Positions 35,014-44,572 of a stretch of 64,000 nt of DNA are shown here, in pieces (positions within the stretch are counted from its first letter, which is position 1; each line of letters starts with the position of its first letter). The DNA is taken from positions 1,173 to 65,172 of the forward strand of contig JBAYJY010000004.1 in assembly GCA_041664945.1 (NCBI GenBank), given 5' to 3'. The notes beneath the pieces were generated by a model that ran no database searches, was not told the origin of the DNA, and saw only the letters and a list, made by a program, of their open reading frames with translations. Origin of the DNA: a bacterium. Lineage in GTDB: Bacteria; UBP15; UBA6099. A program made the translations under genes and the position numbers.

Positions 35014-36213
35014 TTATCTCACATAAATCGGGTTCGAGAAAATCCACTGGATGCTTTTCTTGCCCGGCAGATACGCCTCGACCCGGTAGGCGCCGCGCTC
35101 CGTGAGTTCAATCTTCATCGCCCTGCCCGTCTCCTCTTTGTAAACAGCGCCGTCTTTCAACAACAGGATTTTGGCGTCTTTCGGAACGCCGATTTCCATA
35201 GTAGACGGCGTTTTCGGATCGAGTCTGAATTCGTCGCCCATGATGGCGGTGTTCTTGCCGTCCGAGGCGATGAAATAAAAGCCGCGGCAGGGAGCGAAAG
35301 TGTCGAAGCAGACATAGCCGTGGCCGCTCCTGATCGCGCGGTAAATTTCGGGCTGGCTCAGTTCCATCAGAAAGAGATGCGTGCCCACCAATCCGTAACT
35401 GCGCTCGTATGCGTCGAGCTGAAAGCCGTTATAGACAACGTTTTCGTGCGAATCGTTCGCGGCGACGCCGGGCGCGCGCTGTTTCTTCTGCGCTAAGTCC
35501 CACGCTTTGAAATAGACGACCGGCTTGTCGAGGATGCTGCGCCAGACGCGTTCCGGGTCTTTCTCCAGATAGGGAATTAGCGCGATAGTCTTGTCGATCT
35601 TTCCGTCGAGTATGGCGTCGTAGTGCGTGTTGTAGATTTCCATCGCGTCCCAGCCGGAAGCGGACCAGTCGGTGTGCTCCTCGACGTGGCCGAGAATGGC
35701 GAGCCCGCCCTGCTTGTGAACGTCGTCAATAACTTTCTGCAGCTTGCCGGAAGCGACAGTCTCCTGCAGGTTGATTCCGAGCACGACGCCGCCGGTTTCA
35801 AGGTTGATCTCCTGTCCGGGCATGAAAAAAACGCCGCCGTGCATTCCGCGCAGCCCGTGGTTGACCGAATACGGAGACGGGTGGTCAGTCATAAGAACAA
35901 AATTCACGCCCGCTGTCTGCGCGGCCTGCACGATGCGTGACACCGAGCCTTCGCTGTCGTGCGAGAGATAGGAGTGCGCGTGTATCACCCCTTTGAAATC
36001 GCCGTAGCCCATCGCCTCGATCGGCGACTCGATGCCCGCGGGCGCGCCCGCCGGGTTGATCGCCGGATTCGTCGGCGCCGGAATTCCGCGCGCAGGCCCT
36101 TCCGCCTTCTTGCCGGATGCGCCGGCGGATGCCGCCAAGATCAAAATCGATGCCGCCGCGATTGTCAGCGCTCTCAATCCAAGTTGTCTCTTCATGTCAC
36201 TCTCCTGCCTCAT
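35014..36213 (-). CDS. Secreted PHP-domain (CehA/McbA-like) metallo-phosphoesterase
   Basis: Signal peptide. FKGVIHAHSYLSHDSEG...VNFVLMTDHP...ILGHVEEH... are PHP His motifs. Confidence 0.7.
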   Translation of the reverse strand: MRQESDMKRQLGLRALTIAAASILILAASAGASGKKAEGPARGIPAPTNPAINPAGAPAGIESPIEAMGYGDFKGVIHAHSYLSHDSEGSVSRIVQAAQTAGVNFVLMTDHPSPYSVNHGLRGMHGGVFFMPGQEINLETGGVVLGINLQETVASGKLQKVIDDVHKQGGLAILGHVEEHTDWSASGWDAMEIYNTHYDAILDGKIDKTIALIPYLEKDPERVWRSILDKPVVYFKAWDLAQKKQRAPGVAANDSHENVVYNGFQLDAYERSYGLVGTHLFLMELSQPEIYRAIRSGHGYVCFDTFAPCRGFYFIASDGKNTAIMGDEFRLDPKTPSTMEIGVPKDAKILLLKDGAVYKEETGRAMKIELTERGAYRVEAYLPGKKSIQWIFSNPIYVR

Positions 36214-37165
36214 TTCGATTTATGGATTCATTATACTTTATATCGGCTTCATTAAAAATGCTGACTGATTTCGGGGCCTTGCACTCGACAATTGTGTAGC
36301 CGGGCGCTGTGCCCGGGCTGCCCGCCATGTAAATCGGAATGCCGTAAATCGAGTCGCGTATGAAATGATGGCCGTGTCCGAATATTGCCGCCGCCACATT
36401 TTCCTTGTTGGCTTCGAGAATTTTGAAAATGCGATCCGCAGCCGGTATCATATGGCCGCCTTTCATCAATTTCGTGACCACCGGCGTCGCCGGATAATGG
36501 TGGAAAAACAGAATCGCGGGACGCCCGCGCTTAAGCTGCGCTTCGAGCCAATCCAGTTGCGCATTGTCGAACCCGCCGAGCCACGAATCGGAATGGCTGG
36601 TCGCCTTGCTCGAAGAATCCAGCGCGATTATTGTGAATCCGCCGTTGTCGAACGAATAGTAGAGCCCCGGCATAGAACCGATCTCTTTGCGCGATTCGAG
36701 CATGATTTTCTCGATCTTCTGCCTTTTTATGGACGGATTCCACATGACATCCCAGTAAAACTCATGATTCCCCAACACGTCGTAATATGGAATTTTCACA
36801 TTGTCGCGCACGGTTTTGTTATATAGATCGAGGATGGGAATCGGCTTTTTATCGGGTCCCAAGTATTTCTCGGCGCCATGCCGGCCGGGCAGAAAAAGCT
36901 GGTCCACCGAGTCGCCGAGGTTGATGATGAAATCGAGCGCCGGCTTATGCTCGCCCATCGCCTTCAACACTTTGACGAACGCCTTGTTGTGCGGGTCGTC
37001 CGGGTCCGGCCTCGTATGAGCGTCGCTCAAAACGCCGAAATAGAAAACCGGTTTGTCTGTTTCCCCGGCGGCGAACGCGGCGGTTGCGGCAAACAGCGAT
37101 AAAATGATGATTAGAGTTCCGAGCGTTGAGTAGAGTTTTCGCATTAGGTCTCCCTGCGCCTGCAT
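36197..37165 (-). CDS. Secreted calcineurin-like metallophosphoesterase
   Basis: All five motifs are present: VLSDAHT, GDSVDQ, GNHEF, FFHH and GHGHH. Signal peptide. Confidence 0.85.
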   Translation of the reverse strand: MQAQGDLMRKLYSTLGTLIIILSLFAATAAFAAGETDKPVFYFGVLSDAHTRPDPDDPHNKAFVKVLKAMGEHKPALDFIINLGDSVDQLFLPGRHGAEKYLGPDKKPIPILDLYNKTVRDNVKIPYYDVLGNHEFYWDVMWNPSIKRQKIEKIMLESRKEIGSMPGLYYSFDNGGFTIIALDSSSKATSHSDSWLGGFDNAQLDWLEAQLKRGRPAILFFHHYPATPVVTKLMKGGHMIPAADRIFKILEANKENVAAAIFGHGHHFIRDSIYGIPIYMAGSPGTAPGYTIVECKAPKSVSIFNEADIKYNESINRNEAGE

Positions 37166-37398
37166 GTTGTCACAGAAATTATAACCAATTCGGAGTGAAC
37201 GGCGAATATATTATTTATTGCCAAGGCTACATTTTTTTCGACAGAACTTATCTTCCGCCACGGATTTGTGGCAAAATGCTATTATCTGTCCGGTTTCAAC
37301 CGTTTTTATATTGAAGATTGAGATTTGAGAAAGCAGCCCGGAACAGACAAGAATATCGAAGCGCTCAAAGCCATCAATACTTTAAGGAGAAAAATAGC

Positions 37399-37878
37399 AT
37401 GCCGACAAACAACAAGCCGCTGATTCGCTTTAACCGCTTGAATATGTCTCGTTTTGTTTTGCCGCTTCTTTTAGCGGCATTTGCATTTGTGTCCTTTTCA
37501 TGTTCTCAAAAGCAGGAAAGAAAAGTTGATCCAAATCTCTTAGCCGCTTTTGTTGAAGCGGACAAAACTCTCGAAATCGCGCGAACGTCTCAAAACACCG
37601 GTCTGAACTACGGCGGTAACGTATCATTAGCGCTGGAAAACCTGATCCGCGAACTCGGCCTGCAAGTCAGCAAATATCCGAACCCGAGGCAAGCCTCGGA
37701 ACTGAAAAATCTCACCATGGAACTCGCAGAAATCTTTGCTCATTCAGAGAATGTCGCGCAAAACACGCCCGGCTCCAGCATGGCCTCAGTATGCAATGAG
37801 TGGACCGCATTCCGGCCGAAGCTGAGACCGTTCGTCGGAAAAATCGTCGATTCCCCGCCGCCTGCCGCGCCCCAATAG
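37399..37878 (+). CDS. Small exported protein, unknown function
   Basis: AAGGAG RBS before the ATG at 37399. An N-terminal hydrophobic helix ends ...FAFVSFSCSQ, a possible lipobox-like Cys. Confidence 0.55.
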   Translation: MPTNNKPLIRFNRLNMSRFVLPLLLAAFAFVSFSCSQKQERKVDPNLLAAFVEADKTLEIARTSQNTGLNYGGNVSLALENLIRELGLQVSKYPNPRQASELKNLTMELAEIFAHSENVAQNTPGSSMASVCNEWTAFRPKLRPFVGKIVDSPPPAAPQ

Positions 37879-37954
37879 CGGATTTAAGATATTTTCTTTT
37901 CATATTCGATCCATATATTATAATCTCAACATTAAACTTTGAATTGGAGTCGTC

Positions 37955-38806
37955 ATGCGCAAAAGGCCGGATTTGTTCAAGAGAATATTGCCGCTGTTTG
38001 TAATCGCCGTTTCCTCGATAGCGTTTTTTGTTTTCGCCGAGGGGAAAGACGCCGTAAAGCCGAGACCCGTCATCGTGCGCGCCGTAACCTACAACATCTG
38101 CGGCCTGCCGGACGCTATCATCAGGGAGCGCGACCTGCCACGCGCGAAGGACAGGTTCCCGGAGATCGGCATGCAACTTCGCAAATACGACATCGCCGCC
38201 CTTCAGGAAGTCTTCGTTCCGGAGCGCACGCTGATCGAAAAGAAACTCTTCATGCGCTTCATCGCGCGCGGCACCGACTCCGGAATCATCGGCGCGCCGG
38301 GCAGCGGAATCTATATCTTTTCGCGCTGGAAGATGCCAAAGTTCATGTTCGAGCGCTGGACCGATATCACCGATTACGACGCGATGAGCCACAAAGGATT
38401 TGTCGCGGCGACGGTCGAGATAGAACGCGGACCCGTCATCGACGTTTATTCGCTTCACGCTCAGGCGGGCCACCAAAAGTACAGGATGAAAAATTACGAA
38501 CAGCTTTTCGCCGCAATGAAACAATACTCCCTCGGCTCCGGCCGGCCCATCCTTGTCCTCGGCGATTTCAATTGCGAAATGCGGGAACCAGAATGCAAAT
38601 GGATCGTCGCAAACGCCGGCCTGACTCACGTCAGCGCCAACCCGGCGCCCGACCAGATAGACCACATCTTCTACAACCAAAACGGGTCCGACTGGAACAT
38701 CTCCGTCATATCAAGCCAATTCGTTTTCGACAAACCGCTCCTGAACGGCAAGATGCTCAGCGACCATAACGGCTACGAGGCTGTTCTCCAGTTCGAGAAA
38801 AAATGA
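37955..38806 (+). CDS. Endonuclease/exonuclease/phosphatase (EEP) family protein, sphingomyelinase-like
   Basis: Signal/TM helix. VRAVTYNICGLP, DIAALQEVF, GDFNCE, DHIFYN and SDHNGYEAVL match the conserved catalytic blocks of the EEP family. Confidence 0.75.
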   Translation: MRKRPDLFKRILPLFVIAVSSIAFFVFAEGKDAVKPRPVIVRAVTYNICGLPDAIIRERDLPRAKDRFPEIGMQLRKYDIAALQEVFVPERTLIEKKLFMRFIARGTDSGIIGAPGSGIYIFSRWKMPKFMFERWTDITDYDAMSHKGFVAATVEIERGPVIDVYSLHAQAGHQKYRMKNYEQLFAAMKQYSLGSGRPILVLGDFNCEMREPECKWIVANAGLTHVSANPAPDQIDHIFYNQNGSDWNISVISSQFVFDKPLLNGKMLSDHNGYEAVLQFEKK

Positions 38807-38822
38807 TCTTGCCGTCATCCGG

Positions 38823-38850
38823 GAAATGCCGGCGCTTCGAACGGCATTTT
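38823..38850 (+). terminator. Possible Rho-independent terminator
   Basis: AAATGCCG (38823-38830), 10-nt loop, CGGCATTT (38841-38848), followed by TAATT. The T-tract is weak. Confidence 0.35.
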
Positions 38851-38869
38851 AATTCAAAAGGAGTCTGCT

Positions 38870-39448
38870 ATGAAAAAATCAATTTTTGCCGCGATCGCGA
38901 TTTGCGCGTTCGCCATGTCGTGCGCGACCTCCGCGCGGGCGCTGGACCTCACGCCCGCCGAAAACGTGCCTGAAGCGAAAGCGAAACTTATCAGGCAGCT
39001 CATCAACCAAATGAAAATGGACGAAACGATGAAGCAGGTCAGCGCCGCGATAATAGAGCGGATGAAAACACAGGCCCCGGATATGTTCAAACAAACGCTG
39101 GACCCGATAGGCCTGACCGCCGAAGAACGGTCAATGGTCGAAAAAGAGGTCGTTCCCGGCTACGTCGAAAAAACCTATAAATCGATATTCGCGATTTTCG
39201 ATGTGGACTCGCTTATCAACAAGATTTACGTTCCCATTTACGCGAAACACTTCTCCGATGACGACATTAAGGCGATGATCGCTTTTTACGATTCCCCGGT
39301 CGGCAAAAAACTGGTGGCTGAATCGCCGGCGATCGCAACCGAATCCATGAACGAAATCTCTGTGGTTTTCATTCCGCAACTGGCGATGTCGGTGAAAAAC
39401 ATAACCGAGGAATTGAAAGCGGAAATAAAGAAACGGGTCGGCAAATAA
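38870..39448 (+). CDS. DUF2059-like periplasmic protein
   Basis: Signal peptide. ...YAKHFSDDDIKAMIAFYDSPVGKKL... is the hallmark block I associate with DUF2059. Confidence 0.55.
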   Translation: MKKSIFAAIAICAFAMSCATSARALDLTPAENVPEAKAKLIRQLINQMKMDETMKQVSAAIIERMKTQAPDMFKQTLDPIGLTAEERSMVEKEVVPGYVEKTYKSIFAIFDVDSLINKIYVPIYAKHFSDDDIKAMIAFYDSPVGKKLVAESPAIATESMNEISVVFIPQLAMSVKNITEELKAEIKKRVGK

Positions 39449-39494
39449 CTAATTGCGGGGCTGGTTTCAATCCTGGCCAAAAGGAAGCGCATCC

Positions 39495-41138
39495 ATGGAA
39501 TACATATCATTTTTGCCGGATCAGGTTGCAGGCCGCGAAACAGCGGGCGATTTTCAGGCGGTCGTGTCGCCGGCTGAAGGAATAATCGTGAAAGCCGGCG
39601 CGCGCGCGGAAGTCGGCGCGTGGCTCGAAGCGGAAAAAGCGAAAGGAAACATTGTCGCCGAGGAAATCGAGCGCTGCGCGCTCCTTCCGGGCTTCACCGA
39701 CGCTCACAACCACACGCTCGTTTACGCCACGTTCGAGATGCTCAATGCCGCCTCCATGCTCGGCTGCGCCGACAAGGCGGACGCGCTCAAGCGCATCAAA
39801 TCCGCCTCCGCCCGCCTCAAGGACCCCGAAAAAACCGTCTTCGCCGTCGCTTTCGACAGCTCGAAAATCAAAGACCTCACAAATAATGATCTGGACGACG
39901 CCTCCGGCGGCCGCAGTGTCTTCATGCTCGACGTCTCGCTCCACAGCGGCATCGCTTCCTCTGTCATGATGGATAAAATCGCAGCCGCAGCCGCTTCTTA
40001 CGACAGGCCGCTCCTCGGCGAACTGCGCGATAACGGGCTCACTCTCGAAGAATTCACCATGCGCGCCCTCGAAATCGTCGAGGCCGACTACCCGCTCAAA
40101 AAAATCGCAGCCGCCATCGAACGCAAACTCCAAAACTATTTCGAAAAAGGCATCACCTCCGTTCACGACATGATGCCCGCGACGGTGAACCAGTTCATCG
40201 CCGCGCTCATGCTTCGCAAACGATGGAAAACCGGGCGCGCCTGCGATTTCCCGATCACGAAATTCTACCTGAACAAACTCCAGCTTGCGGACGTGCTAAT
40301 GCGCCTCCCCATTCTCGAAGAACACGGCCTCATCGCGAGCGGCGAGTTCGCCGACCTCGTCGGCATCAAACTCTTCGCCGACGGCGCCTTCGGGTCGCGC
40401 ACCGCTAAAGTCTCCGCCCCATACGCCGACACCGGAACTGACGGCATGTACTTCAGCGAACTGGAGGAACTTGAAGAAGACGTCGTGACTGCGATGGACA
40501 ACGGGCTGAAGCACGGCGCGATCCATGCGATCGGCGACCTGGGAATAAAAAGAGCGATTCTCTGCGCCGCCAAATGGGCCGCCGAAGCCTCGAAACGCGG
40601 GCTGCCCATGAACCTGCGCATCGAACACTACGCTCTGCCTCTGCCCCTCGACAAAACGCTCGCCGACACAAAAGCGCTCGGCGTCTGGCTCTGCATCCAG
40701 CCGAACTTCCTGCTCGATTACAACTACACCGACCGGCTCGCGGAACGCGTGCGCCTGATGTGCCCGCACAACCCGACCATCAGCTCCGGAATCCCCACAT
40801 TTTTCGGCACGGACGGAATGCCGGACAGCATTCTTTTCGCCATCTGGCTCGCCACCCACGCCGTGGAGCCGGCTCAGCGCCTCACGCTCGAAGAATGCAT
40901 CGCAGGCGCCTGCGAAACCGCCGGCCTTTTCGAAAACGACCAGCGCGGCTCTATCAGGGAAGGCTGCAAAGCCGACCTCATTGTCGCCGATTCGAAACTC
41001 ATCGGCGAGCTCACGCTTTCCGGCGATCCGGACGGCTCCATGAGCATGATGAAAATGTTCGAACTCGAGGGTTATATCAAAAAAGTGTTCAAAAACGGCG
41101 AACAGGTTTATCCGAAGAAAAAACCGGCCGCGCAGTAA
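39495..41138 (+). CDS. Amidohydrolase-family (Amidohydro_3-like) metal-dependent hydrolase
   Basis: LLPGFTDAHNHT (HxH metal motif), ...IHAIGD..., ...FGTDGMPD... and a C-terminal ...KADLIVADS.... I prefer the ATG at 39495, which has an AAAGGAAG RBS. Confidence 0.8.
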   Translation: MEYISFLPDQVAGRETAGDFQAVVSPAEGIIVKAGARAEVGAWLEAEKAKGNIVAEEIERCALLPGFTDAHNHTLVYATFEMLNAASMLGCADKADALKRIKSASARLKDPEKTVFAVAFDSSKIKDLTNNDLDDASGGRSVFMLDVSLHSGIASSVMMDKIAAAAASYDRPLLGELRDNGLTLEEFTMRALEIVEADYPLKKIAAAIERKLQNYFEKGITSVHDMMPATVNQFIAALMLRKRWKTGRACDFPITKFYLNKLQLADVLMRLPILEEHGLIASGEFADLVGIKLFADGAFGSRTAKVSAPYADTGTDGMYFSELEELEEDVVTAMDNGLKHGAIHAIGDLGIKRAILCAAKWAAEASKRGLPMNLRIEHYALPLPLDKTLADTKALGVWLCIQPNFLLDYNYTDRLAERVRLMCPHNPTISSGIPTFFGTDGMPDSILFAIWLATHAVEPAQRLTLEECIAGACETAGLFENDQRGSIREGCKADLIVADSKLIGELTLSGDPDGSMSMMKMFELEGYIKKVFKNGEQVYPKKKPAAQ

Positions 41139-41197
41139 GCCGGTTCATTTATCCCGGATCAAAACAGACGTTTTTCATTGGGGCTTTCCGTCAACCC

Positions 41198-44100
41198 TCA
41201 ACCGTCCAGAACCTCTCGCACTTTGTCCGCCATCGCCGTCGTTGAAAACGGCTTAGATATGAAATTGATCCCATGGTCGTGAAGGCCGTGCAGCACGATC
41301 GCGTCCTCGGTGTATCCGGACATAAACAGAACCTTCATGTTCGGACATATCTTCGCGAGACGTTCCGCGAGCTCGCGGCCGTTCATGTCCGGCATGACTA
41401 TATCCGTCACCATAAGCTGAATCGAATCGCCGATGCGCTCGCACAACATAAACGCCTCGCCGCCGTTCGAGGCGCCGTGAACTGTGTAGCCGGCCGCTTC
41501 GAGAACGCGTTTTGTCAGGCTGAGTACGCTCGGCTCGTCCTCGACAACAAGAATCGTTTCCGTTCCAGTCGCCAGTTTGTCTTTTGTCTTTTCGCGCGCC
41601 GCCGATTCGTTTTCGGAAAACTCGCGCGGCAGATCAATATTAAACATCGTGCCCTTGCCGGGATCGCTGTAAGCAAAAATATTGCCGCCGCTCTGTTTGA
41701 TGATGCCGTAAACTGTTGACAGCCCGAGCCCGGTGCCCTTGCCCGTCTCTTTAGTCGTATAAAACGGTTCGAATATATGCTCCATCGTATCCGCGTCCAT
41801 TCCGACGCCGGTGTCCGATATCGAAAGCCTGACGTAATGGCCTGGCGTCACTCCCGGATTGTTTGCCGCATACTCATCGCCCAGCTCGACATTGCAAGTT
41901 TCAATTATTAGTTTTCCGCCCTTAGGCATGGAATCGCGCGAGTTGACCGCCAGATTCATTATCACCTGCTCGATCTGTCCGGGATCGGCTTTAACTTTGC
42001 CGAGCCCTGCGGAGATGTTAATCTCGAGCGCGATGTCCTCGCCGATCAGCCGCCTTATCATCGGCTCGATTCCGGCGACCACAACATTCATGTCCATGAT
42101 AACTGGCGCAAGCGGCTGCCGGCGGCTGAAAGCCAGAAGCTGGCGCGTCAGGTCGGCCGACCGCTGTCCGGCCTTGGAAATCTCCTCAAGATCCTCACGC
42201 AACGGGTCGCCAGGCGCAAGCGATTCGATCGCCATTTCCGCATAGCCGTTGATTACTGCGAGCATGTTGTTGAAATCGTGCGCTATGCCTCCCGCCAGCC
42301 TTCCCACCGCCTCCATCTTCTGCGACTGCCGGAGCTTATCTTCCGACTGCCGCAGCGCCGCTTCAGAATCAAGCCGCTCAAGCTCCGCCGCGGCTCGCAC
42401 CGCCACAGTTCTCAGCGTCGCCTCCGCCAAAGCGCGGTTAGCCAGCGGGCGGCGGCCTATCACCGCTATCAGCCCGATCGGTTTCCCGGAATGGCCCCAG
42501 AGCGTGACTCCGATGTAACTCTCCGCCTTCAGATCCTTGAGCACGTCGTCTTTCGGGAAAAATTGGCAAACGCTTGCGGGAAAGCAACAGACTTCCTTCC
42601 CCACCACATCGCCGCACGGCGTGTCCTTCAGCGCGTACGTCACATTGTCCTCGAACTTGCCGTCGCACCACACAGCAAGCGTCCGCGCGTTCAGCCCGTC
42701 CCCCTCCAGCCGGTCGATGCACACGAAATCCATTCCGAGACTCCCGGCAAGATATTCCGCCAGCAGTTCGAAAAAATTCTTTTCCTGAAGCGAGACGCTG
42801 TGCTGCGCCAGAAATGACAAAACCCCTTCCGACTGCCTGCGCTCGGTGACGTCAATAAATGTTGCCAGAAAACTATCCTCGATCGTCACTCCGGATATCT
42901 CAATATTGCGAACCTCTCCATTTTTGCAGGTTACCTTATACTCAACCGGCTCGATATCCTTTTCCTCCGCGGCCGCCTTTTTCACCGCGGCATCCCAGAT
43001 TTTCATAACCTGTTTCCGGTAGCTCTCGTCGGGAAACGCCAGCCGCCACCATTCGCTGAAAGTCGGGATATCCTCATGCGTATATCCGAAGATTTCTATG
43101 AACCGTTCGTTAAAGTATTGGAGGCCGCCTTCTTTGTCGACAAAACACAACGGAATCGGCGCCAGCCTTAAAATCTTCCGCAGGCTCTCCTCGTTCTCCC
43201 TCGTCGCGTTTTCCATCCGCATGTGCCCGGTGATATCCTGATTGACCACAATCGCGCCCAAAATATTTCCCGAGTCGTCAACCACCGGGGCGGTGGAATT
43301 CAGTATGATCTTTTTCTTTCCGTCGAAAGCGTCGATTTCAAGCGTCTCGTCGATGATTGTCGCGCCTTCACGCACGGTGTGCGCGAGCGCCCAGTCGTCC
43401 GGCGCTATCTCCTCGCCCGAGGGATACCGCCGCGCCTTAAACACTCCGTATTCCTCAATTCCCACATGCGGCTCGGCGCCCCATATCGCCACTCCGGCCG
43501 GATTCCCGCGCAGCAGTTTCCCGTCCTTGTCCGCGAACCAGAGGCCGACCGGCAACACATCAAAGACTTTCTGAAGCAGCGCCTCGCGATTGTTCAGTTC
43601 GACCTCCGCCCGCTTGCGCCCGGTGATGTCGCTCACCACATGCACTGCCCCGGCATATCCGCCCTTCTCGTCCAATATTGGGTCCACTGTTATTTCAAGC
43701 CATTTTTCGCCGATCTTTAATTCCTCTTTTTCACGTTGCAGATTTTTTCGCGCACGCAATATCGGACACTCCGGGATCGGCTCCTCTGAGCCATGCACTA
43801 TTTCCCAACAGCGTTTGCCGATAAACTCCTCCGCCGGCTGATTGAAAAACCGTTCCGCCGCCTTGTTGGACCGCAACACGCGCTGGTCCGCATCCAGAAT
43901 CCAGACGGCGTCGTTCATTGCGTCGAAAGTCGTTTGCCAGTCCCGCGCCACATGCAAAATCTCTGCTTCCCTTTTCTTACGATCTGTTATGTCGGTCATC
44001 GTCGCCTTGCACAAAGGCACCGCCGGATCGCTGTTGTCCGCCACGGCGTCTATCCGCGCCCAGAACAACGAGCCGTCCGCCCTCGTCAGCCGCAGCTCGC

Positions 44101-44539
44101 ACACCTGCGGCGCTCCCGTTTCGAATAATTGCCTGCGGTGGAAGTAGTAGATGTCCTGATCTTCGATAAAAATATTGCGGGCCAGCGGCTTGCCGATCAT
44201 TGCCTTTCTCGCCATGCCCATCTGCGTCGACGCCGTGAGGTTGGCCTCTATGATAATGCCTTTTTCGCTGATATCGAAATATCCGACCGGAGCCAGATCA
44301 TATAAGTCGAAATACCGCGACCTCGAGATTTCCAGTTCCGCCTGCGCGCGGCGCAACTCCTCGTTCTGCATTTCAAGCTCGATCTGATGCACACGCAATT
44401 CATGCGTCAGCCGCCTCGATTCTCCGGCAGGCGGCGCCTCCGGATTATCAGGCGCATGCGCTGCTTTTTCCCGCGCTTTTTCCTCTGCCTTTTCGCGCAG
44501 TTCGTCCGGTGGGCCTGAACGGCCTTTTTTATCAGTCAC
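41198..44539 (-). CDS. Hybrid sensor histidine kinase (multiple PAS, GAF, HisKA, HATPase_c, C-terminal receiver)
   Basis: H-box GGIAHDFNNML, N-box NLAVNSRDSM, G-boxes DTGVGMD and GTGLGLSTVYG, and receiver ILVVEDEP...MVTDIVMPDMNG...K. At least five PAS-like blocks lie upstream. Confidence 0.9.
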   Translation of the reverse strand: MTDKKGRSGPPDELREKAEEKAREKAAHAPDNPEAPPAGESRRLTHELRVHQIELEMQNEELRRAQAELEISRSRYFDLYDLAPVGYFDISEKGIIIEANLTASTQMGMARKAMIGKPLARNIFIEDQDIYYFHRRQLFETGAPQVCELRLTRADGSLFWARIDAVADNSDPAVPLCKATMTDITDRKKREAEILHVARDWQTTFDAMNDAVWILDADQRVLRSNKAAERFFNQPAEEFIGKRCWEIVHGSEEPIPECPILRARKNLQREKEELKIGEKWLEITVDPILDEKGGYAGAVHVVSDITGRKRAEVELNNREALLQKVFDVLPVGLWFADKDGKLLRGNPAGVAIWGAEPHVGIEEYGVFKARRYPSGEEIAPDDWALAHTVREGATIIDETLEIDAFDGKKKIILNSTAPVVDDSGNILGAIVVNQDITGHMRMENATRENEESLRKILRLAPIPLCFVDKEGGLQYFNERFIEIFGYTHEDIPTFSEWWRLAFPDESYRKQVMKIWDAAVKKAAAEEKDIEPVEYKVTCKNGEVRNIEISGVTIEDSFLATFIDVTERRQSEGVLSFLAQHSVSLQEKNFFELLAEYLAGSLGMDFVCIDRLEGDGLNARTLAVWCDGKFEDNVTYALKDTPCGDVVGKEVCCFPASVCQFFPKDDVLKDLKAESYIGVTLWGHSGKPIGLIAVIGRRPLANRALAEATLRTVAVRAAAELERLDSEAALRQSEDKLRQSQKMEAVGRLAGGIAHDFNNMLAVINGYAEMAIESLAPGDPLREDLEEISKAGQRSADLTRQLLAFSRRQPLAPVIMDMNVVVAGIEPMIRRLIGEDIALEINISAGLGKVKADPGQIEQVIMNLAVNSRDSMPKGGKLIIETCNVELGDEYAANNPGVTPGHYVRLSISDTGVGMDADTMEHIFEPFYTTKETGKGTGLGLSTVYGIIKQSGGNIFAYSDPGKGTMFNIDLPREFSENESAAREKTKDKLATGTETILVVEDEPSVLSLTKRVLEAAGYTVHGASNGGEAFMLCERIGDSIQLMVTDIVMPDMNGRELAERLAKICPNMKVLFMSGYTEDAIVLHGLHDHGINFISKPFSTTAMADKVREVLDG

Positions 44540-44572
44540 TTTCTTTCTCCTTCAACGCGGCAACTATCCCGT

